23,418 bases of DNA from NCBI GenBank assembly GCA_027623355.1, contig JAQBWB010000013.1:1-23418 (forward strand), in the 5' to 3' direction. The number at the start of each line of letters is the position of its first letter. Positions within the stretch are counted from its first letter, which is position 1. Shown here in pieces: positions 15,605 to 23,418 of this stretch. Source of the stretch: Nanobdellota archaeon (GTDB lineage Archaea; Nanobdellota; Nanobdellia; Woesearchaeales; JACPBV01). Below the pieces are notes generated by a model that was not told the origin of the DNA, ran no database searches, and saw only the letters and a list, made by a program, of their open reading frames with translations. The translations under genes were made by a program, and so were the position numbers.

Positions 15605-15967
15605 TTAAGCAGCTAGTTCAATATCTTTAATTTCTTTAATAGTTTCAAACACCAAAATTTCTTGTTCATCAACCCTCTTCGCCAGTACTAACTTGCCCCC
15701 TCGAACAAAATTATGATGGCAGCCCTTCTTAATTACAAATATATCTTTATGAGGGTACTTTCCAGATTCTACTTCGCCATGGTAACACCCAAGTAAATCG
15801 TATCGATTCGAAGAATAAGACCTCATCGCTTCTGAGGCTCTTTCAACACAAAAAAGTAATTCAAATCGCTCACCCCAAATACCTCGTTCAAAAGCGATGT
15901 GAAATTTAAGAGTCTTGGTGACTACAGTAATATTCCCTTTACCAATAAATGAAGACACAACAACCAA
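15605..15967 (-). CDS. hypothetical Cys/His-rich small protein (start codon uncertain, no ATG)
   Basis: 120-aa ORF beginning at a TTG (15967), with an alternative GTG at 15958. Contains CYHGE and GCHHNF. No family recognised. Confidence 0.4.
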   Translation of the reverse strand: MVVVSSFIGKGNITVVTKTLKFHIAFERGIWGERFELLFCVERASEAMRSYSSNRYDLLGCYHGEVESGKYPHKDIFVIKKGCHHNFVRGGKLVLAKRVDEQEILVFETIKEIKDIELAA

Positions 15968-16009
15968 CTATAAATAATTTTCCATTATCCAGGACCTATT
16001 GACCCAATA

Positions 16010-16017
16010 TTTATAAA
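16010..16017 (+). promoter_or_regulatory. TATA box (TTTATAAA) for srp54
   Basis: Centre lies 28.5 nt upstream of the ATG at 16042. Confidence 0.55.
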
Positions 16018-16041
16018 CAAAACATCCCCTCCAACTCAAAG

Positions 16042-17382
16042 ATGGTACTGGACAAATTAGGCGCATCACTAAAAAACACCCTGAGCAAGATAGCAAAAGC
16101 TGTCTTCATCGATGAAAAATTAATCAATGAACTCATAAAAGATATCCAAAAAGCACTTCTGCAAGCTGACGTCAATGTAAAACTAGTCTTCAATCTTACA
16201 AATGGTATCAAAGAGCGAATAAAAAAAGAAGATACTCCTAAAGGACTCACAAAGAGAGAACAACTCGTCAATATTGTCTATGAAGCCTTAGTAGAATTTC
16301 TAGGAAAAGAAGCAGTAAAAATAGAACCCGATAAGAAACCATTCAAAATCATGCTCGTAGGATTATTCGGCTCCGGTAAAACAACCACCGCCGGAAAACT
16401 AGCAAAATATTTCCTTAAACGTGGAAAAACTGTAGGCGTAGTAGGTCTAGACGTCCATCGACCCGCAGCAATGGACCAGCTTGAACAAGTCGCAAAGAAA
16501 GCAAACGTTCAAGCGTATACTAACAAAGAAGAAAAAGATCCCATAAAGATCTGGAACGAACATAAAGAAGAACTAGAAAAGAAAGACATCATTATCATAG
16601 ACACTGCAGGACGAGATGCTCTAAGCGACGACTTAATCAAAGAAATCGAAGCAGTAAACAAAGCAATCCAACCCGATGAAAAATTACTAGTCATTTCTGC
16701 AGACATCGGACAAACGGCAGAAGCTCAAGCAAAAAAATTCCATGAAAGCTGCGGTATCACCGGAGTCATCGCAACAAAGATGGATGGAACTGCAAAAGCA
16801 GGTGGAGCATTATCTGCATGTGCAATAACGCAAGCCCCCATCAAATTCATCGGAGTAGGAGAAAAACTTGAAGATATTGAATCATTTAATCCCAAAGGAT
16901 TCGTAGGAAGACTCCTAGGGATGGGAGACCTAGAAGCATTACTAGAAAAAGCACAAGGAGCAATCTCAGAAGAAGATGCAGAAGATCTCAGCAAAAGATT
17001 ACTCAAAGGGGAATTCACGCTAGAAGACCTCTATGAACAGATGGAAGTCATGTCCAAGATGGGTTCAATCGGAAAAATCATGGAAATGATTCCCGGGATG
17101 AGTCAAATCAAGATGCCAAAAGACGCTCTTAAAGTCCAGGAAGGAAAACTAAAGAAATGGAAATACGTCATGGATTCAATGACCAAACAAGAAAAACAAC
17201 TACCGGACGAAACCCTAAACCAATCAAGAATCGAAAGAATTTCAAAAGGTTCTGGAACAAGCATAGCAGACGTAAGATCCCTAATCAAACAATACCGGCA
17301 AGGAAAGAAAATGATGAAAATGTTCAAGGGAAAAGACCCAGAAAAAGCCATGGGCAAAATGATGAGTAAGATGCAGCAATAA
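16042..17382 (+). CDS. srp54: signal recognition particle protein SRP54 (archaeal type)
   Basis: N domain MVLDKLGASLKNTLSKI. G domain GLFGSGKTTTAGKLA, DTAGR and ATKMDG. Met-rich M domain at the C terminus. Confidence 0.95.
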   Translation: MVLDKLGASLKNTLSKIAKAVFIDEKLINELIKDIQKALLQADVNVKLVFNLTNGIKERIKKEDTPKGLTKREQLVNIVYEALVEFLGKEAVKIEPDKKPFKIMLVGLFGSGKTTTAGKLAKYFLKRGKTVGVVGLDVHRPAAMDQLEQVAKKANVQAYTNKEEKDPIKIWNEHKEELEKKDIIIIDTAGRDALSDDLIKEIEAVNKAIQPDEKLLVISADIGQTAEAQAKKFHESCGITGVIATKMDGTAKAGGALSACAITQAPIKFIGVGEKLEDIESFNPKGFVGRLLGMGDLEALLEKAQGAISEEDAEDLSKRLLKGEFTLEDLYEQMEVMSKMGSIGKIMEMIPGMSQIKMPKDALKVQEGKLKKWKYVMDSMTKQEKQLPDETLNQSRIERISKGSGTSIADVRSLIKQYRQGKKMMKMFKGKDPEKAMGKMMSKMQQ

Positions 17383-18195
17383 ATGATATCTATGGTTCCT
17401 AAAGAAAAAATAGATCGATACAACACATTAGTAATGGACCTCTGGACTCACCGATTTACAAGGCTCCCTTTCAGCATGAGTCAATCTCAACTAGCCGAAA
17501 CCGCAGAAACCTATAGAGAATGGCTAGAAAATACTTGTCAGAATGATCTGGAATTGATACGCGCAAGAAATCCAAATACCAGCAGAGTTGGCTATCTCCA
17601 TAGTTCAATCCCTGACGAAATGGGGGATGATTACTTACAGTATGAACCTGGATTAGAAGAAAAAGTAACCTCTCAAGTGAATATGGGTGATCTAATTCCA
17701 CTACTAAACGAGACACATTTAGCATCTCTTCAAACTGCAACAACCTTCCTAGAAATCATTGAAGAACGTTATCCTGGTGCACGAAATTTATTCTCAACAA
17801 ATGGCACACCTCATGTAGAAATAAGACTAATACGATTTGGAGAAAAAAATGGGAAGAATTTCTACGGGCATAACGATGTAGAAGCATTTACAGGAGCAGT
17901 CTACCAAAGTCACCCTGGTCTAGGCATAATGGATAGTAATAACAATATGGTCCCAATCACACACGAAGAAAAAACTGCTGCCATGTGGGTGGGATCCGGT
18001 AGCGAATGGAGAATCGTGCCTAGTTTACCCATTGCTCACCATGAAGTACATACAACGGGAAACAAATCAGAAAAAGAAAGAATTTCAATAATGTTTCACA
18101 TACTACCTCCTGCTGGGATGAGACTAGAAGCAGATCTGAGCTTAAGAACCTACGATCCCTATCACCTAACTAAACTACTCATCACGAAACAATAA
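17383..18195 (+). CDS. 2OG-Fe(II) oxygenase superfamily protein (putative)
   Basis: HxD (GHNDVEAF), a distal His (IAHHEVH) and RxS (ERISIMF) occur in the order and spacing typical of the 2OG-FeII_Oxy fold. The ATG directly abuts the srp54 TAA. Confidence 0.6.
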   Translation: MISMVPKEKIDRYNTLVMDLWTHRFTRLPFSMSQSQLAETAETYREWLENTCQNDLELIRARNPNTSRVGYLHSSIPDEMGDDYLQYEPGLEEKVTSQVNMGDLIPLLNETHLASLQTATTFLEIIEERYPGARNLFSTNGTPHVEIRLIRFGEKNGKNFYGHNDVEAFTGAVYQSHPGLGIMDSNNNMVPITHEEKTAAMWVGSGSEWRIVPSLPIAHHEVHTTGNKSEKERISIMFHILPPAGMRLEADLSLRTYDPYHLTKLLITKQ

Positions 18196-18643
18196 CTTCT
18201 TCCGACTTCTCAAGTAAAGTATGCTGCAAATATAAGATCTCCATCTTCACCGTATGCACGCCCGATAAAACACGACGATCCAAACTAAAATCCGACAACC
18301 AAAGCTCATACACATAATCACCAGAAAAACCTAAGCCAGTATATGAAACAGATTCCAACTCACCAGAAGTATAATTATATTCCTGCCCCGACTTCAAAAT
18401 AAAGTCTCGAACCGTCATAAAAGCCTGTTTACGATCAATAGTAACTGCAACATATGCATTCTCCGGGATAACTTCACCAGAAGAAGTGGAAAGAGTAACA
18501 CGAGCATCCAAGTTACGTAAAGCACCAGACTCATTCACAACAGCAAAACCCGTAATCGTAGGTTCAGTAGCATACAAAAAACCAAAAACAAAAGCAATAC
18601 TGATAATCGGCAACAAAAAAGAGAAAACAACTTTTCCATTCAT
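18182..18643 (-). CDS. small secreted/membrane-anchored hypothetical protein
   Basis: The ATG at 18643 lies 1 nt after the nadB stop. N-terminal TM FSFLLPIISIAFVFGFLY is followed by ITGFAV and a beta-rich domain. The longer ORF-track start (18760) would overlap nadB by 116 nt and was rejected. Confidence 0.6.
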   Translation of the reverse strand: MNGKVVFSFLLPIISIAFVFGFLYATEPTITGFAVVNESGALRNLDARVTLSTSSGEVIPENAYVAVTIDRKQAFMTVRDFILKSGQEYNYTSGELESVSYTGLGFSGDYVYELWLSDFSLDRRVLSGVHTVKMEILYLQHTLLEKSEEVIVS

Positions 18644-18644
18644 C

Positions 18645-20102
18645 TTATTCAAAACTAATGCCTTCCTTATTAATAAGCGTATGCTTCCTAAACAAGTCAA
18701 TTTTAGTAGAAAAATCAGAACGATAGTGCGTACCTCGACTCTCCTCTCGAGCCAAAGCACATCGTGTAATCATCTCGGCAACAGTAGCATTCCTCCCCGT
18801 TAGCTTCTTTAATTCATCTAAACAATACTGTAACCCCTGTTGATTTCTAACAATACCTACATGCTCCCACATCAACGCCTGGATAGCGGATAAAGAACTG
18901 CTCTCCTCATCAAGAAGAGTCTCCTCAATCTCAACCGGTTCGAGCAAACCTTTCTCCAAATGCTCAGCCAATCTTTTACTAAACACCAATCCATCAACCA
19001 ATGAATTCGAAGCGAGTCTATCAGCACCATGCGCACCGCTACAAGAAACCTCTCCTATAGCATACAATCCATCAACATCCGTTCGACCAGAAAGATCAAT
19101 CTTAACTCCACCGCACAAATAATGTGCAGTAGGACTAACAGGGACCGGTTCACTAAAGACATCATATCCTAACAAAGTACATTTAGCAGTTATAGCAGGA
19201 AACTCTTTTTCTAAAACATCTTTGGCGATGGTGGTCATATCCAAATACACATCGGCTCCCGTTTTTTGAGCCTCCATAAAACAAGCTCTTGCAACAATAT
19301 CTCTAGCAGCCATCTCCCTCTCAGGATGATAATGCTCCATGAACCGCTCTCCCTGAGCATTAACAAGTAAAGCACCCTCTCCTCGTAAACGTTCAGTTAA
19401 CAAAAAATTAGTTCCCTTATGTAACAACCCCGTAGGATGAAACTGTATAAATTCCATGTCCATTAACGTAGCACCCGCCTCATAGGCAAGAGCAATCCCA
19501 TCTCCAGTAGCAATAGCAGGATTACAAGTCCGAGAATACAAATTCCCAATACCCCCCGTAGCTAACACAGTAGCGCGAGCATGAATAATTTTCCTCTCAC
19601 CATCACAAACAACAACGGCCCCACCACACCGACCCTTTTCAGATAGTATTGAAACAACATCATGTTGCTCTAAAACCGTAATCTTTCCCTCAGTAACTCG
19701 ATCAACCAACACCTGCTGAATACTTTTACCAGTACTGTCTCCTGCATGAACTATTCGACGCCGTGAATGAACGGCCTCCTTACCTAAATGAAAGCTCCCG
19801 TTCTTATCAAAAGCAACCCCTAAAGAATCTAACCAAGTAATCGAATCAGGAGCATTCTCAACAAGTACTTTTACAGCCTCCTTATTACAAATCCCATCAC
19901 CAACCTTCAACGTATCTGCAACATGTAATGCAAAATCATCATTTTCAGAAAATACCCCTGCCAAACCCCCCTGAGCATAGCGAGTATTAGATTCCATCAC
20001 CTCAGTTTTTGTAACAAGAGTAACCGAAGCACGTTTAGAGACACGTAAAGCAAACGATAATCCTGCAATACCTCCACCAATCACTAAAATATCTGTCTTC
20101 AT
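18645..20102 (-). CDS. nadB: L-aspartate oxidase
   Basis: FAD motif DILVIGGGIAGL. RYAQGGLAGV, HPTG and a C-terminal RGTHYRSDF. 485 aa. Confidence 0.93.
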   Translation of the reverse strand: MKTDILVIGGGIAGLSFALRVSKRASVTLVTKTEVMESNTRYAQGGLAGVFSENDDFALHVADTLKVGDGICNKEAVKVLVENAPDSITWLDSLGVAFDKNGSFHLGKEAVHSRRRIVHAGDSTGKSIQQVLVDRVTEGKITVLEQHDVVSILSEKGRCGGAVVVCDGERKIIHARATVLATGGIGNLYSRTCNPAIATGDGIALAYEAGATLMDMEFIQFHPTGLLHKGTNFLLTERLRGEGALLVNAQGERFMEHYHPEREMAARDIVARACFMEAQKTGADVYLDMTTIAKDVLEKEFPAITAKCTLLGYDVFSEPVPVSPTAHYLCGGVKIDLSGRTDVDGLYAIGEVSCSGAHGADRLASNSLVDGLVFSKRLAEHLEKGLLEPVEIEETLLDEESSSLSAIQALMWEHVGIVRNQQGLQYCLDELKKLTGRNATVAEMITRCALAREESRGTHYRSDFSTKIDLFRKHTLINKEGISFE

Positions 20103-21022
20103 GAAATCATCTCTAAATGAATATCCACCGAAGGAAAAGTTCTCGTTAAACTACCCATAGAAACCACATCCACACCACTTACAGCATAAGAAGCAAGATT
20201 CTTTTCAGTAATTCCTCCACTAGCCTCAAAAACAATCTGATCTGCACCCGAAACTGCATTTACCTTTTCAAGAACAGCACTAATCTCCTCAACACTCATA
20301 TTATCAAACATCATAACCCTGCCCGTTTCACCCACTAAAGAGGAATATGCGTGTGCAGCAGCCAAAGCCTCTTTCTCTGTAGAAACCTCGATCTCAACAA
20401 AGTTCGCCTTAGACTTCCAGCCCCTCTCAAGAGATTCTTTAACATAATCTTCAGCTTCACTTTTTAATTGAGTCAAATGATTGTCCTTAATCAAAACAGC
20501 ATCGAATAGACCAAGACGATGTGTCAACCCTCCTCCAATCGAAACTGCTTTTTTATCAATAAAAGGAAACAAAGATTTACGAGTACAAGCAACTAATAAA
20601 GAAGAACTAGAAACAATCTTTGCAGTACCCGTTGCAATCCCAGACATCCGAGCAATAACCTCTAATATCCCACGCTCAGCCTTCAAAATATCCTGTTCCT
20701 TTCCTTCCACTTCAATCAACACCATCCCAGCACGAACTCTCTCACCATCCTGCTTCTTTATGTTACAAGTAACATAAAACTGCTCATAAAGAAAGACAGC
20801 TTCAGCCATACCTGCAACCAGAAACGAAGACTGAGCGATGATGGCTCCCTTGGCAGATTTATTCGCTGATAAAACAGCATGTCCAGTAACATCCCGACCA
20901 CCAACATCAGCAATGATAGGAGCCAACACAACATCCAAGACCCAGTTCCTATACCGATCACTATCCATTACTAATTCCTTGCTATAATCAAGTACCGACC
21001 TAACGAAATCCCCACGATCCAT
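20099..21022 (-). CDS. nadC: nicotinate-nucleotide pyrophosphorylase (carboxylating)
   Basis: ILKAERGILEVIARMSGIATGT and TRKSLFPF...KKAVSIGGGLTHRLGLFDAVLIKDNH are QPRTase signatures. ATGA overlap with nadB. Confidence 0.9.
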   Translation of the reverse strand: MDRGDFVRSVLDYSKELVMDSDRYRNWVLDVVLAPIIADVGGRDVTGHAVLSANKSAKGAIIAQSSFLVAGMAEAVFLYEQFYVTCNIKKQDGERVRAGMVLIEVEGKEQDILKAERGILEVIARMSGIATGTAKIVSSSSLLVACTRKSLFPFIDKKAVSIGGGLTHRLGLFDAVLIKDNHLTQLKSEAEDYVKESLERGWKSKANFVEIEVSTEKEALAAAHAYSSLVGETGRVMMFDNMSVEEISAVLEKVNAVSGADQIVFEASGGITEKNLASYAVSGVDVVSMGSLTRTFPSVDIHLEMIS

Positions 21023-21045
21023 AGTTAAAAAGAACCTATTACGAC

Positions 21046-21051
21046 ATTTAA
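21046..21051 (-). promoter_or_regulatory. TATA-like element (TTAAAT on minus strand) for the nadC-nadB operon
   Basis: Centre lies 26.5 nt upstream of the minus-strand ATG at 21022. Confidence 0.35.
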
Positions 21052-21072
21052 GGCTTTGGTTTGACTAAACCA

Positions 21073-21079
21073 TTTTAAA
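21073..21079 (+). promoter_or_regulatory. TATA-like element (TTTTAAA) for the NurA-like gene
   Basis: Centre lies 25 nt upstream of the ATG at 21101. Confidence 0.45.
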
Positions 21080-21100
21080 CCCTCTCAACTTACCTGTTTA

Positions 21101-22075
21101 ATGAACAACGAAGTCCTAGATGAAGTAATTCAGAGCCTTAAACAATCACTCCAAAATCAGGGAACCCATCTCCAAATCAAAGATCCTGAATTCCAACCCA
21201 TCGAAATAACTAAAGACAATTTCCATGAGATCCCAAAGCAACCTGAAAAAACCATTGCATATGTAGACGGCGGTAACGCAGAACTGCTAGCAGCATCAAA
21301 CTTCTCATTACAATTAGTAAAAGTAGCTGCAGTAACCTATAAAGGAAAAGAAAGAATCAAAACAATACATCTTGACTGTACCGTCTTCATAAAAGAAATC
21401 AACAGCCAGTATGAAGTAACCTTTCATGGTATAAAAAAAGAAAAACTAATCTTCGATCCCTACGACACGTTATTAGCACAACCCAACACTAAATTAGATC
21501 CCACCTCTGTAATCAATCCAGTAAGAAAAGTCCTAGAAGCAGAACTGGCGGCGGCGGCAGAAGCAGAAATAATAATACTAGATGGAGAATTAAATCCTAA
21601 ATCTCAACAAGAACTAACTGCATTAGAAAACCTCTACCTCCAAGGAACCGTACTAGCAATAGCAAAAACAAATGACTTGGTAACAGAAACAGGAAACGCG
21701 TTCGTCCCAGTACTAAAATCATTTGCACCACAAACGGCCTGGTCCTACCATCCGCTAGGTCACTCGAAAAGAGATCTAGCAATACTTAACCTCCACCATA
21801 AAGCAAGATATGCTTTCAAAGCAGAACGCTACCCGCTAAGTAAATTAAATTGGGACGAAATAGCAGCTGCACTAAAAAGCAACGCCTCCGATCCCGTTTT
21901 CCTAGGATATCCCTATGGCCTAATAGAGGCAGATAGAATCGCCAGAATCTCAAATCAAGAGGTAGACTATCAAAGAACAAAATTAATGACTAAACTAGGT
22001 TCAGAAGCAAAACTCCTAGAAACATATGCAACAACAAAGAACGCTCACCAAATTCTAGATACGATTAGTTTCTAA
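21101..22075 (+). CDS. NurA-domain 5'-3' nuclease-like protein
   Basis: Ordered motifs IAYVDGGNAEL, IIILDGEL, IAKTNDL and GYPYGLIEADRIARIS match the NurA pattern (DGS..., lDGsL, sKts, YP..L..A(H/D)..A) recalled from the family. Confidence 0.55.
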   Translation: MNNEVLDEVIQSLKQSLQNQGTHLQIKDPEFQPIEITKDNFHEIPKQPEKTIAYVDGGNAELLAASNFSLQLVKVAAVTYKGKERIKTIHLDCTVFIKEINSQYEVTFHGIKKEKLIFDPYDTLLAQPNTKLDPTSVINPVRKVLEAELAAAAEAEIIILDGELNPKSQQELTALENLYLQGTVLAIAKTNDLVTETGNAFVPVLKSFAPQTAWSYHPLGHSKRDLAILNLHHKARYAFKAERYPLSKLNWDEIAAALKSNASDPVFLGYPYGLIEADRIARISNQEVDYQRTKLMTKLGSEAKLLETYATTKNAHQILDTISF

Positions 22076-22081
22076 CAAACC

Positions 22082-22089
22082 TTTTTATA
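22082..22089 (+). promoter_or_regulatory. TATA-like element (TTTTTATA) for the PfkB kinase gene
   Basis: Centre lies 25.5 nt upstream of the ATG at 22111. Confidence 0.45.
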
Positions 22090-22110
22090 CAGAGAAAACA
22101 ATATTCAACC

Positions 22111-23088
22111 ATGTACGACGTCATTACCGTAGGTTCAGCAACCGTAGACATCTTTGTAAAAACACATTACTCTAAAACCATTAAAAAGAACAAAAAGAAA
22201 GGAATCAAATCCGATCTTCAAGCATATCCGATAGGAAGCAAAATTCTCATTGACAAAATGCATGAGACCGTAGGAGGAGGCGGTATCAACTCAGCCATAG
22301 CACTAAAACGACTAGGCCATAAAGTAGCATTCCTAGGAAATGTAGGGACAGGAAATAATGCCAACTTCATCTTAAATAAACTCAAAAAAGACAACGTACT
22401 AGCAATAGCACCTAAAGATAAAGAAATTGAATCAGGAACATCAATAATATTAGATAGCATTGAACATGATCGCACCATCCTAACATTCAAAGGAGCAAAT
22501 GACCATTTAAGATGGAAAGACATCAAAAAAATACCAAAAACAAAATGGTTTTACTTCTCAACCATGTTAAAAGAATCCTGGGAAACACAAAAGAAGCTAG
22601 CAGCATACGCTAAAAAAAACAATATCCACATCATCTTCAATATGAGTGAGTATCTAGCTGAGAAAGGGTTAACGTATTGCAAACCCATACTACGACACAC
22701 CACAATCTTCGTATGCAACAAACAAGAAGCAAGAATACTAACAAAAAAGAAAAACATGAATGAAATAGTAAGAACACTCTCAAAAGCAGGACCAAAAATA
22801 GTAATCATCACCGATGGAAACGAAAACGTAATTGCATATGACCAACTCCAAACATACCAATTAGCAACAAAAAAAGTCAAAGTAGTAGAAACGACAGGAG
22901 CAGGAGATGCATTCGCCTCATCCTTCCTTAGTGGAATGATAAAAAGAAACGACATCAAATTCGCATTACAATTAGCAAGAACCAATGCCGAATCTGTAAT
23001 ACAACATCACGGAGCCACCAATAAACTCTTAACATTCAAACAAGCCTGCAAAGAAATAAAGAAACCGACGAAAATAATCATCACATAA
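22111..23088 (+). CDS. PfkB-family carbohydrate/nucleoside kinase
   Basis: N-terminal YDVITVGSATVDIF. GG dipeptide (VGGGGINSA). C-terminal PfkB signature TTGAGDAFASSFLSG. Confidence 0.88.
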   Translation: MYDVITVGSATVDIFVKTHYSKTIKKNKKKGIKSDLQAYPIGSKILIDKMHETVGGGGINSAIALKRLGHKVAFLGNVGTGNNANFILNKLKKDNVLAIAPKDKEIESGTSIILDSIEHDRTILTFKGANDHLRWKDIKKIPKTKWFYFSTMLKESWETQKKLAAYAKKNNIHIIFNMSEYLAEKGLTYCKPILRHTTIFVCNKQEARILTKKKNMNEIVRTLSKAGPKIVIITDGNENVIAYDQLQTYQLATKKVKVVETTGAGDAFASSFLSGMIKRNDIKFALQLARTNAESVIQHHGATNKLLTFKQACKEIKKPTKIIIT

Positions 23089-23091
23089 TTA

Positions 23092-23418
23092 TCAATCGGT
23101 ATATCTAATAGCGAGTCCAACTTGAGCCAAGTGGGCTTCAAAATGCCCTATAGCATCGAAAAATGATTCGGAGTCATTTCGTAGTGCATGGTGTAATAGT
23201 TCAGCTGAAGAAAAAAAAGATATGCCGCTAGGGTACTTGAAAAAATATTCCTTATTCAGACTTGCATAAAAGTGCACATTCCCCATTTCAACTCTCGCAT
23301 GATCTAGATGCTCTTAACTAGGATTTTCAGAGTGAAAAATAGGCTTGACAACACAGTTGGACTTATCACTAATAAATTGATAGTGATTTACTACCTCCAT
23401 TACAAGGTACTTAGCCAT
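23092..23418 (-). pseudogene. small hypothetical ORF interrupted by one in-frame TAA (possible pseudogene, or two mini-ORFs)
   Basis: An ATG lies at the window edge (23418-23416). After 34 codons there is a TAA at 23316-23314. The 64-aa ORF 23092-23286 continues in the same frame (23418-23286 = 132 nt). Confidence 0.35.

Noticed and set aside
18644-18760. N-terminal extension of the ORF 18182-18760 (192 aa)
   Set aside because: The extension would overlap the well-supported nadB 3' end by 116 nt. The ATG at 18643, 1 nt after the nadB stop, gives a clean signal-anchor N terminus.
23314-23316. In-frame TAA as evidence for an alternative genetic code
   Set aside because: TAA terminates several confidently called genes here (for example srp54, nadB and the first methyltransferase), and TGA and TAG are also used as stops. 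The standard code fits.

Overview
Low-GC, densely packed window that reads as a small-genome archaeon. The evidence is an archaeal-type SRP54 and TTTATAAA-like TATA boxes centred about 25-28 nt upstream of ATG starts, which implies mostly leaderless mRNAs, with no Shine-Dalgarno signal seen. A DPANN-like origin is inference only. No tRNA, rRNA, CRISPR array, integrase or transposase was recognised. Left half (315-11227): an ~11 kb surface-glycan cluster with three SAM methyltransferases, a GT4, a GT2, two large polytopic GT-C-like membrane proteins, a small membrane protein, two SDR epimerase/reductases and glucose-1-phosphate cytidylyltransferase. It is organised in overlap-coupled operons. 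The cluster is bracketed by two direct copies (164/167 nt identical) of a GC-richer 167-bp element with perfect 13-bp terminal inverted repeats and internal hairpins, either MITE-like or a small structured RNA. Centre (11506-15581): the most unusual module. An 880-aa protein carries a signal anchor, a ConA/LamG-like domain, a Cys-rich region, a Gly/Ala-rich hydrophobic block and a C-terminal Fic-like domain whose motif is degenerate (HLFSRVNNSLLM). It is translationally coupled (ATGA) to a secreted 478-aa stand-alone YD-repeat protein. I read this pair as a candidate polymorphic-toxin-like or host-contact system, or alternatively a transmembrane Fic-like receptor. Right part: SRP54 abutted by a 2OG-Fe(II) oxygenase-like gene, a nadC-nadB operon ending in a small secreted protein, an orphan NurA-like nuclease, a PfkB kinase and a small ORF with one in-frame TAA. 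Product calls come from motif recognition by eye; no searches were run.
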